64,000 nt of DNA from positions 113,605 to 177,604 of the forward strand of contig JAYPKL010000001.1 of assembly GCA_038128845.1 (NCBI GenBank). Direction: 5' to 3'. This DNA is from Candidatus Woesearchaeota archaeon. Lineage in GTDB: Archaea; Nanobdellota; Nanobdellia; UBA10117; ARS21. This document shows, piece by piece, positions 22,775 to 31,072 of this stretch. Under the pieces are notes generated by a model. The model was not told the DNA's origin. It saw only the letters and a program-made list of their open reading frames with translations, and ran no database searches. Each line of letters begins with the position of its first letter. The stretch's first letter is position 1. Position numbers and translations under genes: made by a program.

Positions 22775-23537
22775 TAACCAACTCAATTACAAAAGAAACG
22801 AATTAATTGGTAAACATAATCGAAGACTTAAGAGAATAACTTTACTAAACCAACAACTTAAAGCAGGTTTAATTACTTACGAAGAATATTCAAGAAGATA
22901 TGATGAGTTAACAAACAATAAACCAATTTCACATCATGAAAATCTTCTGAATAGAAGACTGGATCAAATTAGTAATCTAGGTTATAGAGAAAAGAGTAAG
23001 ATAAAGTTACTTCCATTAATCTTTGGACTAATTATGTTACCGGCATTAATTGGAATTGGAATAACCGGATTTGCAACTACTGGCGATCAAGATGTTACTG
23101 CAACATTAACAATTAGCAATAACATTGCAGGAAGTTTAAGTTATTCGGGAGTAACATTTACAGATACTAATTTACTTGGCGATAATAATGCTACTTTGAA
23201 TAATCTTGGAAGTTCAGCACCAGGATATACAATTGAGCTAGATGACAGTACGACTGTGAATAATCTCAATGTATGTATTAATGGTACAGATTTAACTTCT
23301 GGATCAAATACAATTGATGTAAGCAGGATAGAAGTATCTTCAAGCTTAACTGGAAGTTCAACAATACCGGCAAAGAGTTCAAGTATTGATTTATCCACCT
23401 CAAGACAAGAAATAGAAGGAGACTTGGATGCGGGAGAAACTCTTTACCAAAGATATTGGTTAGATTTAAGCGGAGGTACACAAACTGGAACATATACTGG
23501 TACATCCGAAATATTAATTACAGAAAATGCATGTTAA
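22767..23537 (+). CDS. bitopic membrane protein: cytoplasmic coiled N-domain, one TM, Thr/Ser-rich extracellular domain
   Basis: TM LLPLIFGLIMLPALIGIGITGF then ATTGDQDVTATLTISNN... . Overlaps the upstream gene by 8 nt. Confidence 0.45.
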   Translation: MNNNQLNYKRNELIGKHNRRLKRITLLNQQLKAGLITYEEYSRRYDELTNNKPISHHENLLNRRLDQISNLGYREKSKIKLLPLIFGLIMLPALIGIGITGFATTGDQDVTATLTISNNIAGSLSYSGVTFTDTNLLGDNNATLNNLGSSAPGYTIELDDSTTVNNLNVCINGTDLTSGSNTIDVSRIEVSSSLTGSSTIPAKSSSIDLSTSRQEIEGDLDAGETLYQRYWLDLSGGTQTGTYTGTSEILITENAC

Positions 23538-23598
23538 AGAAAAATTTGATAAAATATTCAATTTTTTATCAATAATCTTTTATATAAAAAATAAATAT

Positions 23599-23808
23599 AT
23601 GATTATGAATAACAAAAATATGTACGCGTATATATTGTTAGGAGCTGTTTTATTAGCAGGTGTTGCCGGATATATGATGGCAGACCAAGCAGATTCTGAC
23701 ACAGTTATTTTGCCAGACACCAATGAAGTGTTAATTACTGTTACAATAGCAGGTAATTCACTTGATGCAGATGTCACTACGGAGGATAATTATGGCTCGA
23801 GCACGTAG
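23599..23808 (+). CDS. small signal-anchored secreted peptide
   Basis: MIMNNKNMYAYILLGAVLLAGVAGYMMADQADSDTVILPDT... . Likely start at internal Met of the tracked 93-aa ORF. Overlaps the next gene. Confidence 0.3.
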   Translation: MIMNNKNMYAYILLGAVLLAGVAGYMMADQADSDTVILPDTNEVLITVTIAGNSLDADVTTEDNYGSST

Positions 23809-24346
23809 AAATGATGATATGATGAAACTTGCAGCAATTTCTGCAGCAGTTTCATTAGTAGTTGTTTTAGTTTTTTTTGGAGGTACATTGACAGGAAATT
23901 CTTCTACTGATGTAACTCTAACTACAACTATTGCTGCCACTACAACATGTACATTTAATGAAACAGCCGTAACTTTCGGAGCTTTAAATCTTGAAACAAA
24001 TTCTCAATCTCCTGATGCAGGTGATATTATTGAAGTTGTCAACGACGGTTCTACAATCGTAAATATGACTGCTGCTTTAAATCAAACTGCAACAAGTTTA
24101 TTGGGTACTACTACTGGAACTTCTGCATTGGATATAGCCGTTACAGCTGAATCAGGTACTGCAAGCAGTTTAACTGCCTTAGGAACATCAGCAACAGATG
24201 CTGTTACTTTGTTATTACCTGACGATGCAACAGATGCAGTAACACTTACGACCACTATTGACGTAGGTGGAGGAGCATCTAATGTAGGTATAGCAAATGA
24301 AGCACTAATTTCATTTGTTTGTACCGCAGATGTTGACGGAAGTTAA
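23792..24346 (+). CDS. secreted Thr-rich protein with N-terminal signal anchor
   Basis: GGAGGA SD-like then MARARRNDDMMKLAAISAAVSLVVVLVFFGGTLTGNSSTDVTLTTTIAATTT... . Low-complexity T/A/S-rich ectodomain. Confidence 0.45.
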   Translation: MARARRNDDMMKLAAISAAVSLVVVLVFFGGTLTGNSSTDVTLTTTIAATTTCTFNETAVTFGALNLETNSQSPDAGDIIEVVNDGSTIVNMTAALNQTATSLLGTTTGTSALDIAVTAESGTASSLTALGTSATDAVTLLLPDDATDAVTLTTTIDVGGGASNVGIANEALISFVCTADVDGS

Positions 24347-24874
24347 TTGGTAAAATTAAAATTTAGGAGTATCTTTTGGATACTTCTTATTTTTTTTTCA
24401 ATAAATCATGTTTTTTCTTATTCTTTACTCGGACCTCATGAAACATTCACAGTAATTCCTGAAAAAAAATATTCTGGAGAAATATGTATTGGCGCATTCG
24501 GCGATCAAGATTTATTTAATAGAACTTTTCTATATTCATTTGAAAGTAATGATACTGTATTTGTTAATTTCACAATGGACAAAGAAGTAACATCAGATAA
24601 ACGAGATAAATTTTGTAATTCTTATTATTTTTTTGGCGGAGAGTATACTTCTTCAGTAAGTAAAAGTCCTGCTGCTGCAATATTGGTTTCCGAAAAAGTA
24701 GATAGCGGTATTGTTATGGGATACAAAAGAATCATATATGCGGATACTTCTTCTGTGACTTATCGACACGCACTTATCAATCTTTCAAAAAATTTTATTT
24801 TTGTTTTTGTATCTATATTTTCAGTTTTTGGATTAATATTATATATTTTAAAAAAGAATAAATTTAATGAATAA
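24347..24874 (+). CDS. secreted protein with C-terminal TM anchor
   Basis: N-terminal hydrophobic FWILLIFFSINHVFS. C-terminal helix FIFVFVSIFSVFGLILYIL + KKNK. Confidence 0.4.
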   Translation: MVKLKFRSIFWILLIFFSINHVFSYSLLGPHETFTVIPEKKYSGEICIGAFGDQDLFNRTFLYSFESNDTVFVNFTMDKEVTSDKRDKFCNSYYFFGGEYTSSVSKSPAAAILVSEKVDSGIVMGYKRIIYADTSSVTYRHALINLSKNFIFVFVSIFSVFGLILYILKKNKFNE

Positions 24875-26204
24875 AAATATATTATTAGTATTTTCTTTAA
24901 CAATTGTTTTTTCAATTTTTTTCACATCATCAATTATAACGGGCTTATCAACTTATCAAATCAATTTATCTACAAATATAAATCCAATTTATTGGGAAGA
25001 AGAGATCCCCAATATTATAATTTTTCAAAATTCAAGTAGTTTTATTGTTGATTCAGATTTAAGTAATTCAGGTAACGGGTTTTGTAATTCATATAGCGAT
25101 CAAGACAATACAACATTTACAATATCGGATGAGTCTTCTTCAAAAGTTGATTGTAATATAGATGATGTTAAGTTATCGATTATTCCAAATAGCTCTTTTG
25201 CAGGTAGTACTGTTTGTGAAGTTACTTGTAATGAATTTAATTTTTCTGAATCAATTAATTTCACAATAAATGTTTTAGAAGATTTAGAACCAGAATCTGA
25301 AGTTGTTGTAGTAAGTTCTGGCGGAGGCGGAGGCGGAGGAATATCCCGAGCTCAATTAGCGAATATTCTTGGTCAAAATAATATTTTTAATATTGCCATA
25401 AATCCAGAGTCAATTAAACTTAAGTTACGTCCAGGGGAGACTATAAGTGAAATAATTAGTATTGAAAATAAATTAGATAAAATTTATGATATAAACATTC
25501 AAGAAAACACCTTAGTTTCTTATGTAAACATTAAAAATGAACATAGTTTAGAACCAAAATCTACAATAAAAATTCCAATTGAAATTGGAGTACCATTAAA
25601 TGAGTATAGATCAATTATTACAGGTACAATTGATTTTGATGAATATACGGATCTTGCAGTTGTTATAGAAGTTATAAATCCTTTATTAAATCCCGATTCA
25701 CAGCAAGAAGTTGAATTATTAGTTACTTTAGGAACAGACTATATATCTCCAACTCTAATATTCACAGGAGAAATTGATAAGAAAAATATACTTCCAGGTA
25801 CATTACTTAAGCCTAGGATAAAACTTACTGAGTTTTATCAATCAGGATATCCCGAAATAAGTCTCACTTATTATTTATTTGATATGAATAATAATGAATT
25901 GCTCTCATTTACTGACTATTATAAGACTTATGATGACAGAACTCTGAGCATTTTGTTACCTGAAGATATTCCTTTAGGTGAATATGCTCTCACTTTTGAA
26001 GCAAAATATGGTAATTTTGTTTCTAGGAATACTCAAACACTCCAAATAGTATCAAGTAAAGGTTTACTAACTGATGAATTAATAATCCTCACTTTGATGG
26101 TGGGTGTTATGGCTTATTCCATATATGCAGTATCAACTAGACGAAAACGGGGCGGAAATAAACGAAATAAACAAAAAACTAATGCTAAATTAATTTATCA
26201 TTAA
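24867..26204 (+). CDS. surface protein sharing an N-terminal domain with the giant protein; Gly7 linker; C-terminal TM + basic tail
   Basis: DSDLSNSGNGFCNSYSDQDNTTFTISDESSSKVDCNIDD...STVCEVTCNEF aligns with the giant protein segment DSDLTSSGNGQCTDPDVGQTLIFSVTSENTAQVDCAVSG...ASCTITCDDGNG. SSGGGGGGG linker. TM LIILTLMVGVMAYSIYAV then RRKRGGNKRNKQ. Confidence 0.55.
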   Translation: MNKNILLVFSLTIVFSIFFTSSIITGLSTYQINLSTNINPIYWEEEIPNIIIFQNSSSFIVDSDLSNSGNGFCNSYSDQDNTTFTISDESSSKVDCNIDDVKLSIIPNSSFAGSTVCEVTCNEFNFSESINFTINVLEDLEPESEVVVVSSGGGGGGGISRAQLANILGQNNIFNIAINPESIKLKLRPGETISEIISIENKLDKIYDINIQENTLVSYVNIKNEHSLEPKSTIKIPIEIGVPLNEYRSIITGTIDFDEYTDLAVVIEVINPLLNPDSQQEVELLVTLGTDYISPTLIFTGEIDKKNILPGTLLKPRIKLTEFYQSGYPEISLTYYLFDMNNNELLSFTDYYKTYDDRTLSILLPEDIPLGEYALTFEAKYGNFVSRNTQTLQIVSSKGLLTDELIILTLMVGVMAYSIYAVSTRRKRGGNKRNKQKTNAKLIYH

Positions 26205-26222
26205 ATAAAATTTTTTTTTGTT

Positions 26223-26474
26223 AACTCTCACTTTAGATTTATTATAAAATAATCTAGGCTAATAGTATAATAAGAGTAATTATCTCATTTTTATTCAATA
26301 GATATACTAACTCTTGACAATTTTAATTAATTATATTACTACTAAATATAACTCTCACTTTATTATTACAATCTATACTTGCATAGTTTGATCCAAATAA
26401 GAAGAGATATTTGAATATATTTTACGGTTTTTTTCAAAGATATTTTAACTTTATATTATCTAACTCTCACTTTA
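26223..26474. repeat. three dispersed copies of AACTCTCACTTTA in a 520-bp noncoding region
   Basis: Copies at 26223-26235, 26350-26362 and 26462-26474, each followed by A/T-rich sequence. Confidence 0.7.
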
Positions 26475-26627
26475 AACTTGTTATTTTGTGACTAATTTAG
26501 AGGCACTTTATCTATTATTTACTATTAATTTATATTAAATTTGGATCTATTTTTCTTACTCATTGTTCACTTTTTACGTATTTTTTAAAATTTGGAAATT
26601 TTTAGTAAATATTTTAATAAACTATTG

Positions 26628-26721
26628 TTAAACATATGATAAACACGTGATAAACACTTGATAAACATGTGTTAAACACATTAAACACGTGATAAACACA
26701 TTAAACACGTGATAAACACAT
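26628..26721 (+). promoter_or_regulatory. iteron-like tandem array, ~9 units of TAAACAC(G/A)TG with embedded CACGTG palindromes, ending 4 nt before the ATG at 26726
   Basis: TTAAACATATGA TAAACACGTGA TAAACACTTGA TAAACATGTGT TAAACACAT TAAACACGTGA TAAACACAT TAAACACGTGA TAAACACAT. A 20-mer TAAACACATTAAACACGTGA is repeated. Confidence 0.6.
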
Positions 26722-26725
26722 AAAA

Positions 26726-27241
26726 ATGGTGATAAAAACCGTATTACGGAAAGTATTTAGGAAAAAAACTAAAAAGAACTCTAAAAAAGAAGTAAAAGAT
26801 CACAAAGTTCTAAGTTCTTGGGAAGATATGTATGAAGAATTACAAGAACATCCATTAACTCAAGCCAAAATAATTAATGAAACTTTATTTAAGAACACAA
26901 ATAACGCAATTGAAAAAATAAACATTAGATTAGATGGCATTGATGATAGATTAACAAGACTTGAAAAAAGAAAAGTTAAATCAGGTTCTGAAGAAGTTAT
27001 TGTAGTTAAAGAAGAATCAGATGTTTTAATCAAGCCAATTTTAGATAAAGGAAGATTATCTGATCAAGAAGAATTAATTCTAGAAATGATTAAAGAACAA
27101 GGAGAGGTTGATGCTAAATCAGTTTCCAATAAATTTGATATATCCAGAGGTAATGCAAGCCTTAAATTAAACAAGCTTCATGATTTTGGTTTATTAAGTA
27201 AAAGAATGGATGATAAGACTGTATTTTATTTATTAAAATAA
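26726..27241 (+). CDS. putative DNA-binding protein with C-terminal winged helix-turn-helix
   Basis: Basic N-terminus (KVFRKKTKKNSKK), central coiled coil, C-terminal ELILEMIKEQGEVDAKSVSNKFDISRGNASLKLNKLHDFGLLSKR (wHTH-like). Confidence 0.4.
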   Translation: MVIKTVLRKVFRKKTKKNSKKEVKDHKVLSSWEDMYEELQEHPLTQAKIINETLFKNTNNAIEKINIRLDGIDDRLTRLEKRKVKSGSEEVIVVKEESDVLIKPILDKGRLSDQEELILEMIKEQGEVDAKSVSNKFDISRGNASLKLNKLHDFGLLSKRMDDKTVFYLLK

Positions 27242-27259
27242 CTAATTTTTTATTAAAAC

Positions 27260-28060
27260 TTATAATAAATCTAAAGGTGACTTTATTTTCTTTAATTCTT
27301 GGTTTGAAAGATGAGTATATACTTGCGTTGTATTAAGATTAGAATGCCCGAGAAGTGCCTGTATTTTTCTTATATCTGTGCCGTTTTCAAGTAGATGTGT
27401 TGCAAAGCTATGTCTTAAGGTATGTACATGTACATCTTTTTTTATTCCTGCTGCATTTGCACATTCTTTTACTACTTTTTGTATGTATCTTTTTGAAACA
27501 GGTTTATTTTCAAATCTTCCAGGAAAAAGATATCCTTCATGTGCAGCTAATATGGGTTTTAAGTCTTTGATCAAGTCATCTGATAAAATTATCATTCGAT
27601 CTTTCTGCCCTTTACCTTTTCTAACCCATCCAATTTTTTCTTTTATTTCAAAATCATTTGTTGTTATTTTTTGTATCTCCGATAGTCTTAAACCGGATGA
27701 ATACAATAGTTTAATTAATAATTTATGCTTCTTGTCTTTTGCAGAATTAATAAGTGCTCTAACTTCATCTATTTGAAGCACAGAGGGTAGGGTAAAAGGT
27801 ATTTTAGGGGCCTTGATTTTGATGTTTTTACCTAAAACATCTCTGTAATAAAATATTAGTGCAGATCTAACTAATGAAACAGATCTTGCAGAATATTTTT
27901 TTGTAATGAGAGATCCTAGATATTCTTTAAGATCATTTTCTGTTATATTCTTTGGATCTTTATTAATTTCATCAAGAAATTTTTTATTATGACTTAAGTA
28001 TGATTTAATTGTTTCCGGACTAAATCCTCTCATTTTTAGTTCAGATTCTAATCGATACAT
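27260..28060 (-). CDS. XerA/XerCD-family tyrosine recombinase (integrase)
   Basis: C-terminal catalytic signature HTLRHSFATHLLENGTDIRKIQALLGHSNLNTTQVYTHL with upstream R...K residues. N-terminal SAM-like core-binding domain. 266 aa. Confidence 0.8.
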   Translation of the reverse strand: MYRLESELKMRGFSPETIKSYLSHNKKFLDEINKDPKNITENDLKEYLGSLITKKYSARSVSLVRSALIFYYRDVLGKNIKIKAPKIPFTLPSVLQIDEVRALINSAKDKKHKLLIKLLYSSGLRLSEIQKITTNDFEIKEKIGWVRKGKGQKDRMIILSDDLIKDLKPILAAHEGYLFPGRFENKPVSKRYIQKVVKECANAAGIKKDVHVHTLRHSFATHLLENGTDIRKIQALLGHSNLNTTQVYTHLSNQELKKIKSPLDLL

Positions 28061-28154
28061 ATAGTATATTATATTAAATTATTATAAAATTAACGAGTTC
28101 GTATAATATACATTAGACGAACAAACTATATTTTAGCTTTATTTTACATTTTTA

Positions 28155-28331
28155 TTAATTAATTACAATATTGTAAATAAATATATTAAATTTTAATAAT
28201 TTATTATAACTTTTAATACGATATAACTGAATTAAAATTAATCAAAAATTTACAATTATTAATTACAATATTGAAAATAAATAAAGAAAATATTAATTAA
28301 TTACAATATTGAAAATAAATACAAATAAATA
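28155..28331. repeat. three copies of TTAATTACAATATTG(T/A)AAATAAATA; first copy contains the perfect 14-bp palindrome TTACAATATTGTAA
   Basis: Copies start near 28159, 28258 and 28298, in the divergent intergenic region between the recombinase gene and the 28352 ORF. Confidence 0.6.
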
Positions 28332-28351
28332 ATTTGTAATTATTATTATAT

Positions 28352-28789
28352 ATGAAAAAACTACAGTCAAAAGATATTCCGTTACAGGAAATAATTTTAC
28401 GTAGGTTTGAATCACCATACGGAATGGATGATAGAGAATTGGCACGTAAATTTTTGCTATCTTTAGGCTTACTTCAGACTGGCGAAAGCAGAGATATTAT
28501 AGTAGACTTATTCTTAATTTTACTAAAATCTAAAAAAAACACATCACCCAAAGACATTAATTTTTTTGTAAATGAATTAAAAGATCTTCCGGGCGGATCT
28601 AAACCAAATTTATTAAGACAAATAAAAAGATTAAGAGATATTAAGTTAGTAGAAAAAGTTCAACAAGGATATAGAATTACAGAGTTTGGAAGATTAGACA
28701 ACATTGTATCAAATTATATAACTCCCTTTATTGTAAACCAAACTATCGAACGAGTTAGAGAATATGCAAAGGAGATTGACAGAAGATGA
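28352..28789 (+). CDS. hypothetical protein (possible helical DNA-binding protein)
   Basis: 145 aa, no TM, no recognisable catalytic motif. 4-nt overlap with the next ORF. Confidence 0.35.
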   Translation: MKKLQSKDIPLQEIILRRFESPYGMDDRELARKFLLSLGLLQTGESRDIIVDLFLILLKSKKNTSPKDINFFVNELKDLPGGSKPNLLRQIKRLRDIKLVEKVQQGYRITEFGRLDNIVSNYITPFIVNQTIERVREYAKEIDRR

Positions 28790-29007
28790 AAAAATTATTC
28801 GGAATTATAGAAATAAGCTATAGCTCAGAAGGAAATAAATTTTGTTTTAAAAAATTATTACAAAAAGGAATTTTTTTTAATAAATATGGAGAACCTCAGT
28901 TCACTAGATCTAAAAATTTACAAGAATTACATAAAAAAATTAAATTAGGTTATAGATCAACAAAATTAGAAATTAAAAAATTAAAAGTATATGAAATAAT
29001 TAAGTAA
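28786..29007 (+). CDS. hypothetical small basic protein
   Basis: 73 aa, Lys-rich, coupled to the upstream ORF. Confidence 0.25.
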   Translation: MKKLFGIIEISYSSEGNKFCFKKLLQKGIFFNKYGEPQFTRSKNLQELHKKIKLGYRSTKLEIKKLKVYEIIK

Positions 29008-29019
29008 GAACCGAAGTTC

Positions 29020-29307
29020 TTACATTAATATTTTACCCAAGTCTTCAAAACTATTTGCGACTTGTTCGCCTTTTCCAGTCAATTGAACAATTTTCAATCT
29101 TCCGTTTTTTTCGAATCTAACTAATCCTTCTTGTTCCATTTTTTGTAATAAATGAACCGTATGGGAATAAGTACATCTTGCTTCTTTTGCAAGTAGCGAT
29201 GGGTACTTTGCCGTGTTTTGACGAGTCAAACAAAGCAACAATTCAACGGGCTTATCCCTTAAAAATATATCAAAACTTTTTCCTTTTTTCCACCAAAGAA
29301 GTGCCAT
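29020..29307 (-). CDS. winged-helix transcriptional regulator (ArsR/SmtB-like)
   Basis: LLLCLTRQNTAKYPSLLAKEARCTYSHTVHLLQKMEQEGLVRF: HTH with recognition helix + wing (GRLKIVQLTGKG). Confidence 0.5.
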   Translation of the reverse strand: MALLWWKKGKSFDIFLRDKPVELLLCLTRQNTAKYPSLLAKEARCTYSHTVHLLQKMEQEGLVRFEKNGRLKIVQLTGKGEQVANSFEDLGKILM

Positions 29308-29385
29308 TTAAATTTGTACTGAGTAAAATATATATAGCTTTCTCAAGGCTTTACGTAATGTGTTTTTTTATTAAAATAACAGTAG

Positions 29386-29790
29386 TTACTCTTTTGGTAC
29401 AACTTTTGGTAAATGAATCGGAGCAGGTAAGCCCAATGTTTTAGAGATTAAAACTGAATTTGTCATACCTAATTCAAATATTTTTCTTAAAACTGCAACT
29501 GCAACATTATCATCTAATTTTTTATTTTTCTTGTAATTTTTTTCTACTGTTTTTAATGCATCTCCATTACCTGTTATAAATAATGATCCTTCAACATTAA
29601 TGCTAGTATCTTTAGAATATGAAGTTGTATATGTATATTCAACAGATAAACCTAATTTTTTTTCACCTGCAGCAAATAAATCTTTAGTTTTAACAGACTT
29701 AATTTCAGGTTTACTTTCTATTGTACCGATTTTTGACTTGTCACCTCTTTGAGCAACAATTTTTGTAATTTTATCTCCTACGATTATCAT
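29386..29790 (-). CDS. hypothetical protein
   Basis: 134 aa, soluble, no recognised motif. Confidence 0.3.
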   Translation of the reverse strand: MIIVGDKITKIVAQRGDKSKIGTIESKPEIKSVKTKDLFAAGEKKLGLSVEYTYTTSYSKDTSINVEGSLFITGNGDALKTVEKNYKKNKKLDDNVAVAVLRKIFELGMTNSVLISKTLGLPAPIHLPKVVPKE

Positions 29791-29814
29791 TTTTGTAAGT
29801 GTTTTACTTCTTTT

Positions 29815-30990
29815 TTAAATATTATTGTTTTTCATTTTATTTAAATAAAAATAGTAAATTATTACAAAAATAGAAAATATGCCAAAAATAAAAATAAGAT
29901 TTTTATTATTCTCTTTTAGACTTATATCTTTTTCAGAAATACAAACGCCATCATTACAACTATTTAATCGACATTCGTAATCATAATTACATTCAGATCC
30001 TCCAACCTTCTTCGGATAATATTTAAATCCATCACAATAGAATGAAAGATTGTTTTCAAATTTTTCTTCACCTTTTTCACAAAAGGATGAATCAATTTTT
30101 TGTGGAGCTTCACAATCATTATCGTTCATATAGTTACAATTATAACTACAATATCCGTCATTATCTTTACAAATATCATTGTTTGTAAATTGGCATGTTT
30201 TTGGAATCAAGACGCCATCTCCGAAACAAATATCATCAGTAGATATATTAAGATCATTACAATCAATATCCGATATACATTCATTTAGTATATTACAATC
30301 TGAATCCTTGAATTCAAATAATTTTGAATTTTTTGAGCAACCTTCTGGACAACATTCATCCGAACCATCGCATTCAGTAATTTCATTATACTCACATCGC
30401 CCCGAATTTAGATTATCTCCATTACAAGTATCAATCGTACAACTATTTCCATCATCACAATCATTATCAGAATTACAGAAGTTTTTGCAATCATTATCCG
30501 CTCTATCAGAACATTTATTTGGACAATATCCATCATTATCTATACAAGACGTTATTTCTTCATATTTGCAAATATTTTTATCAAGATTACAGGTATCAAG
30601 AGTACTAATATCGCCATCATCACAATCAGAATTTGTTGTACATTGAAATTTATTTAAAATAATTATGTTAAGACTAACATATCTTTCATCAGGAGTATAA
30701 ACTATATCTTCTATTGTTAAATTAACTTCTTGCAACTTCAAAGTTTCATTTATTCTTAATATTTTATTATCTGAATAATCAACTGATACTAAAATTGCTT
30801 CTTCGAATATATTTTTTACCGATATATTTCTTCCATCTAATAAGACACTATCATTTTCATTTAATAGTTCAACTTCTTCAGTTAAAGAAAAAACAATAGG
30901 AAAAATAAATAAAAGAAATAATATTTTTTTCATATTATTATTTTTAATATTCATTAATAATAGCTCCGGCCGGATTTGAACCGGCGTCAT
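29815..30990 (-). CDS. cysteine-rich repeat surface protein (signal peptide, ~50 Cys in repeated CxxDxDCDDGNxCTxDxC modules, C-terminal TM)
   Basis: Signal MKKILFLLFIFPIVFS. Repeated TNSDCDDGDISTLDTCN / SDNDCDDGNSCTIDTCN / SDIDCNDLNISTDDICF modules. C-terminal helix IFIFGIFSIFVIIYYFYL. Confidence 0.5.
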   Translation of the reverse strand: MTPVQIRPELLLMNIKNNNMKKILFLLFIFPIVFSLTEEVELLNENDSVLLDGRNISVKNIFEEAILVSVDYSDNKILRINETLKLQEVNLTIEDIVYTPDERYVSLNIIILNKFQCTTNSDCDDGDISTLDTCNLDKNICKYEEITSCIDNDGYCPNKCSDRADNDCKNFCNSDNDCDDGNSCTIDTCNGDNLNSGRCEYNEITECDGSDECCPEGCSKNSKLFEFKDSDCNILNECISDIDCNDLNISTDDICFGDGVLIPKTCQFTNNDICKDNDGYCSYNCNYMNDNDCEAPQKIDSSFCEKGEEKFENNLSFYCDGFKYYPKKVGGSECNYDYECRLNSCNDGVCISEKDISLKENNKNLIFIFGIFSIFVIIYYFYLNKMKNNNI

Positions 30991-31033
30991 CCGGCCCAGA
31001 ACCGGATATGATTGACCGCTACACTACGGAGCT
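30962..31033 (-). tRNA. tRNA-Gln (anticodon CUG)
   Basis: Reverse complement AGCTCCGTAGTGTAGCGGTCAATCATATCCGGTTCTGGGCCGGATGACGCCGGTTCAAATCCGGCCGGAGCTA. Anticodon loop TTCTGGG. 7-bp acceptor stem. Confidence 0.8.
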
Positions 31034-31072
31034 GTTAAATAAATTTTATAAGTAACGTTAATATATCTTATT

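Noticed and set aside
26628-26721. Tandem TAAACACGTG array considered as a possible CRISPR
   Set aside because: Units are only 9-11 bp with no intervening unique spacers. This is a short direct-repeat (iteron/operator-like) array, not a CRISPR.
27355-27776. Two plus-strand ORFs (71 and 132 aa) overlapping the recombinase gene
   Set aside because: Antisense to a gene with a complete tyrosine-recombinase catalytic signature. Cys/Phe-rich junk translations.
29178-29444. 88-aa plus-strand ORF
   Set aside because: Overlaps the antisense of the ArsR-like wHTH gene and the following intergenic region. No motif.
30100-30646. Plus-strand ORFs (62 and 155 aa) inside the Cys-rich protein gene
   Set aside because: Antisense of a gene with strong repeat/Cys periodicity. 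The Ser/Leu-rich translation is typical of antisense reading.
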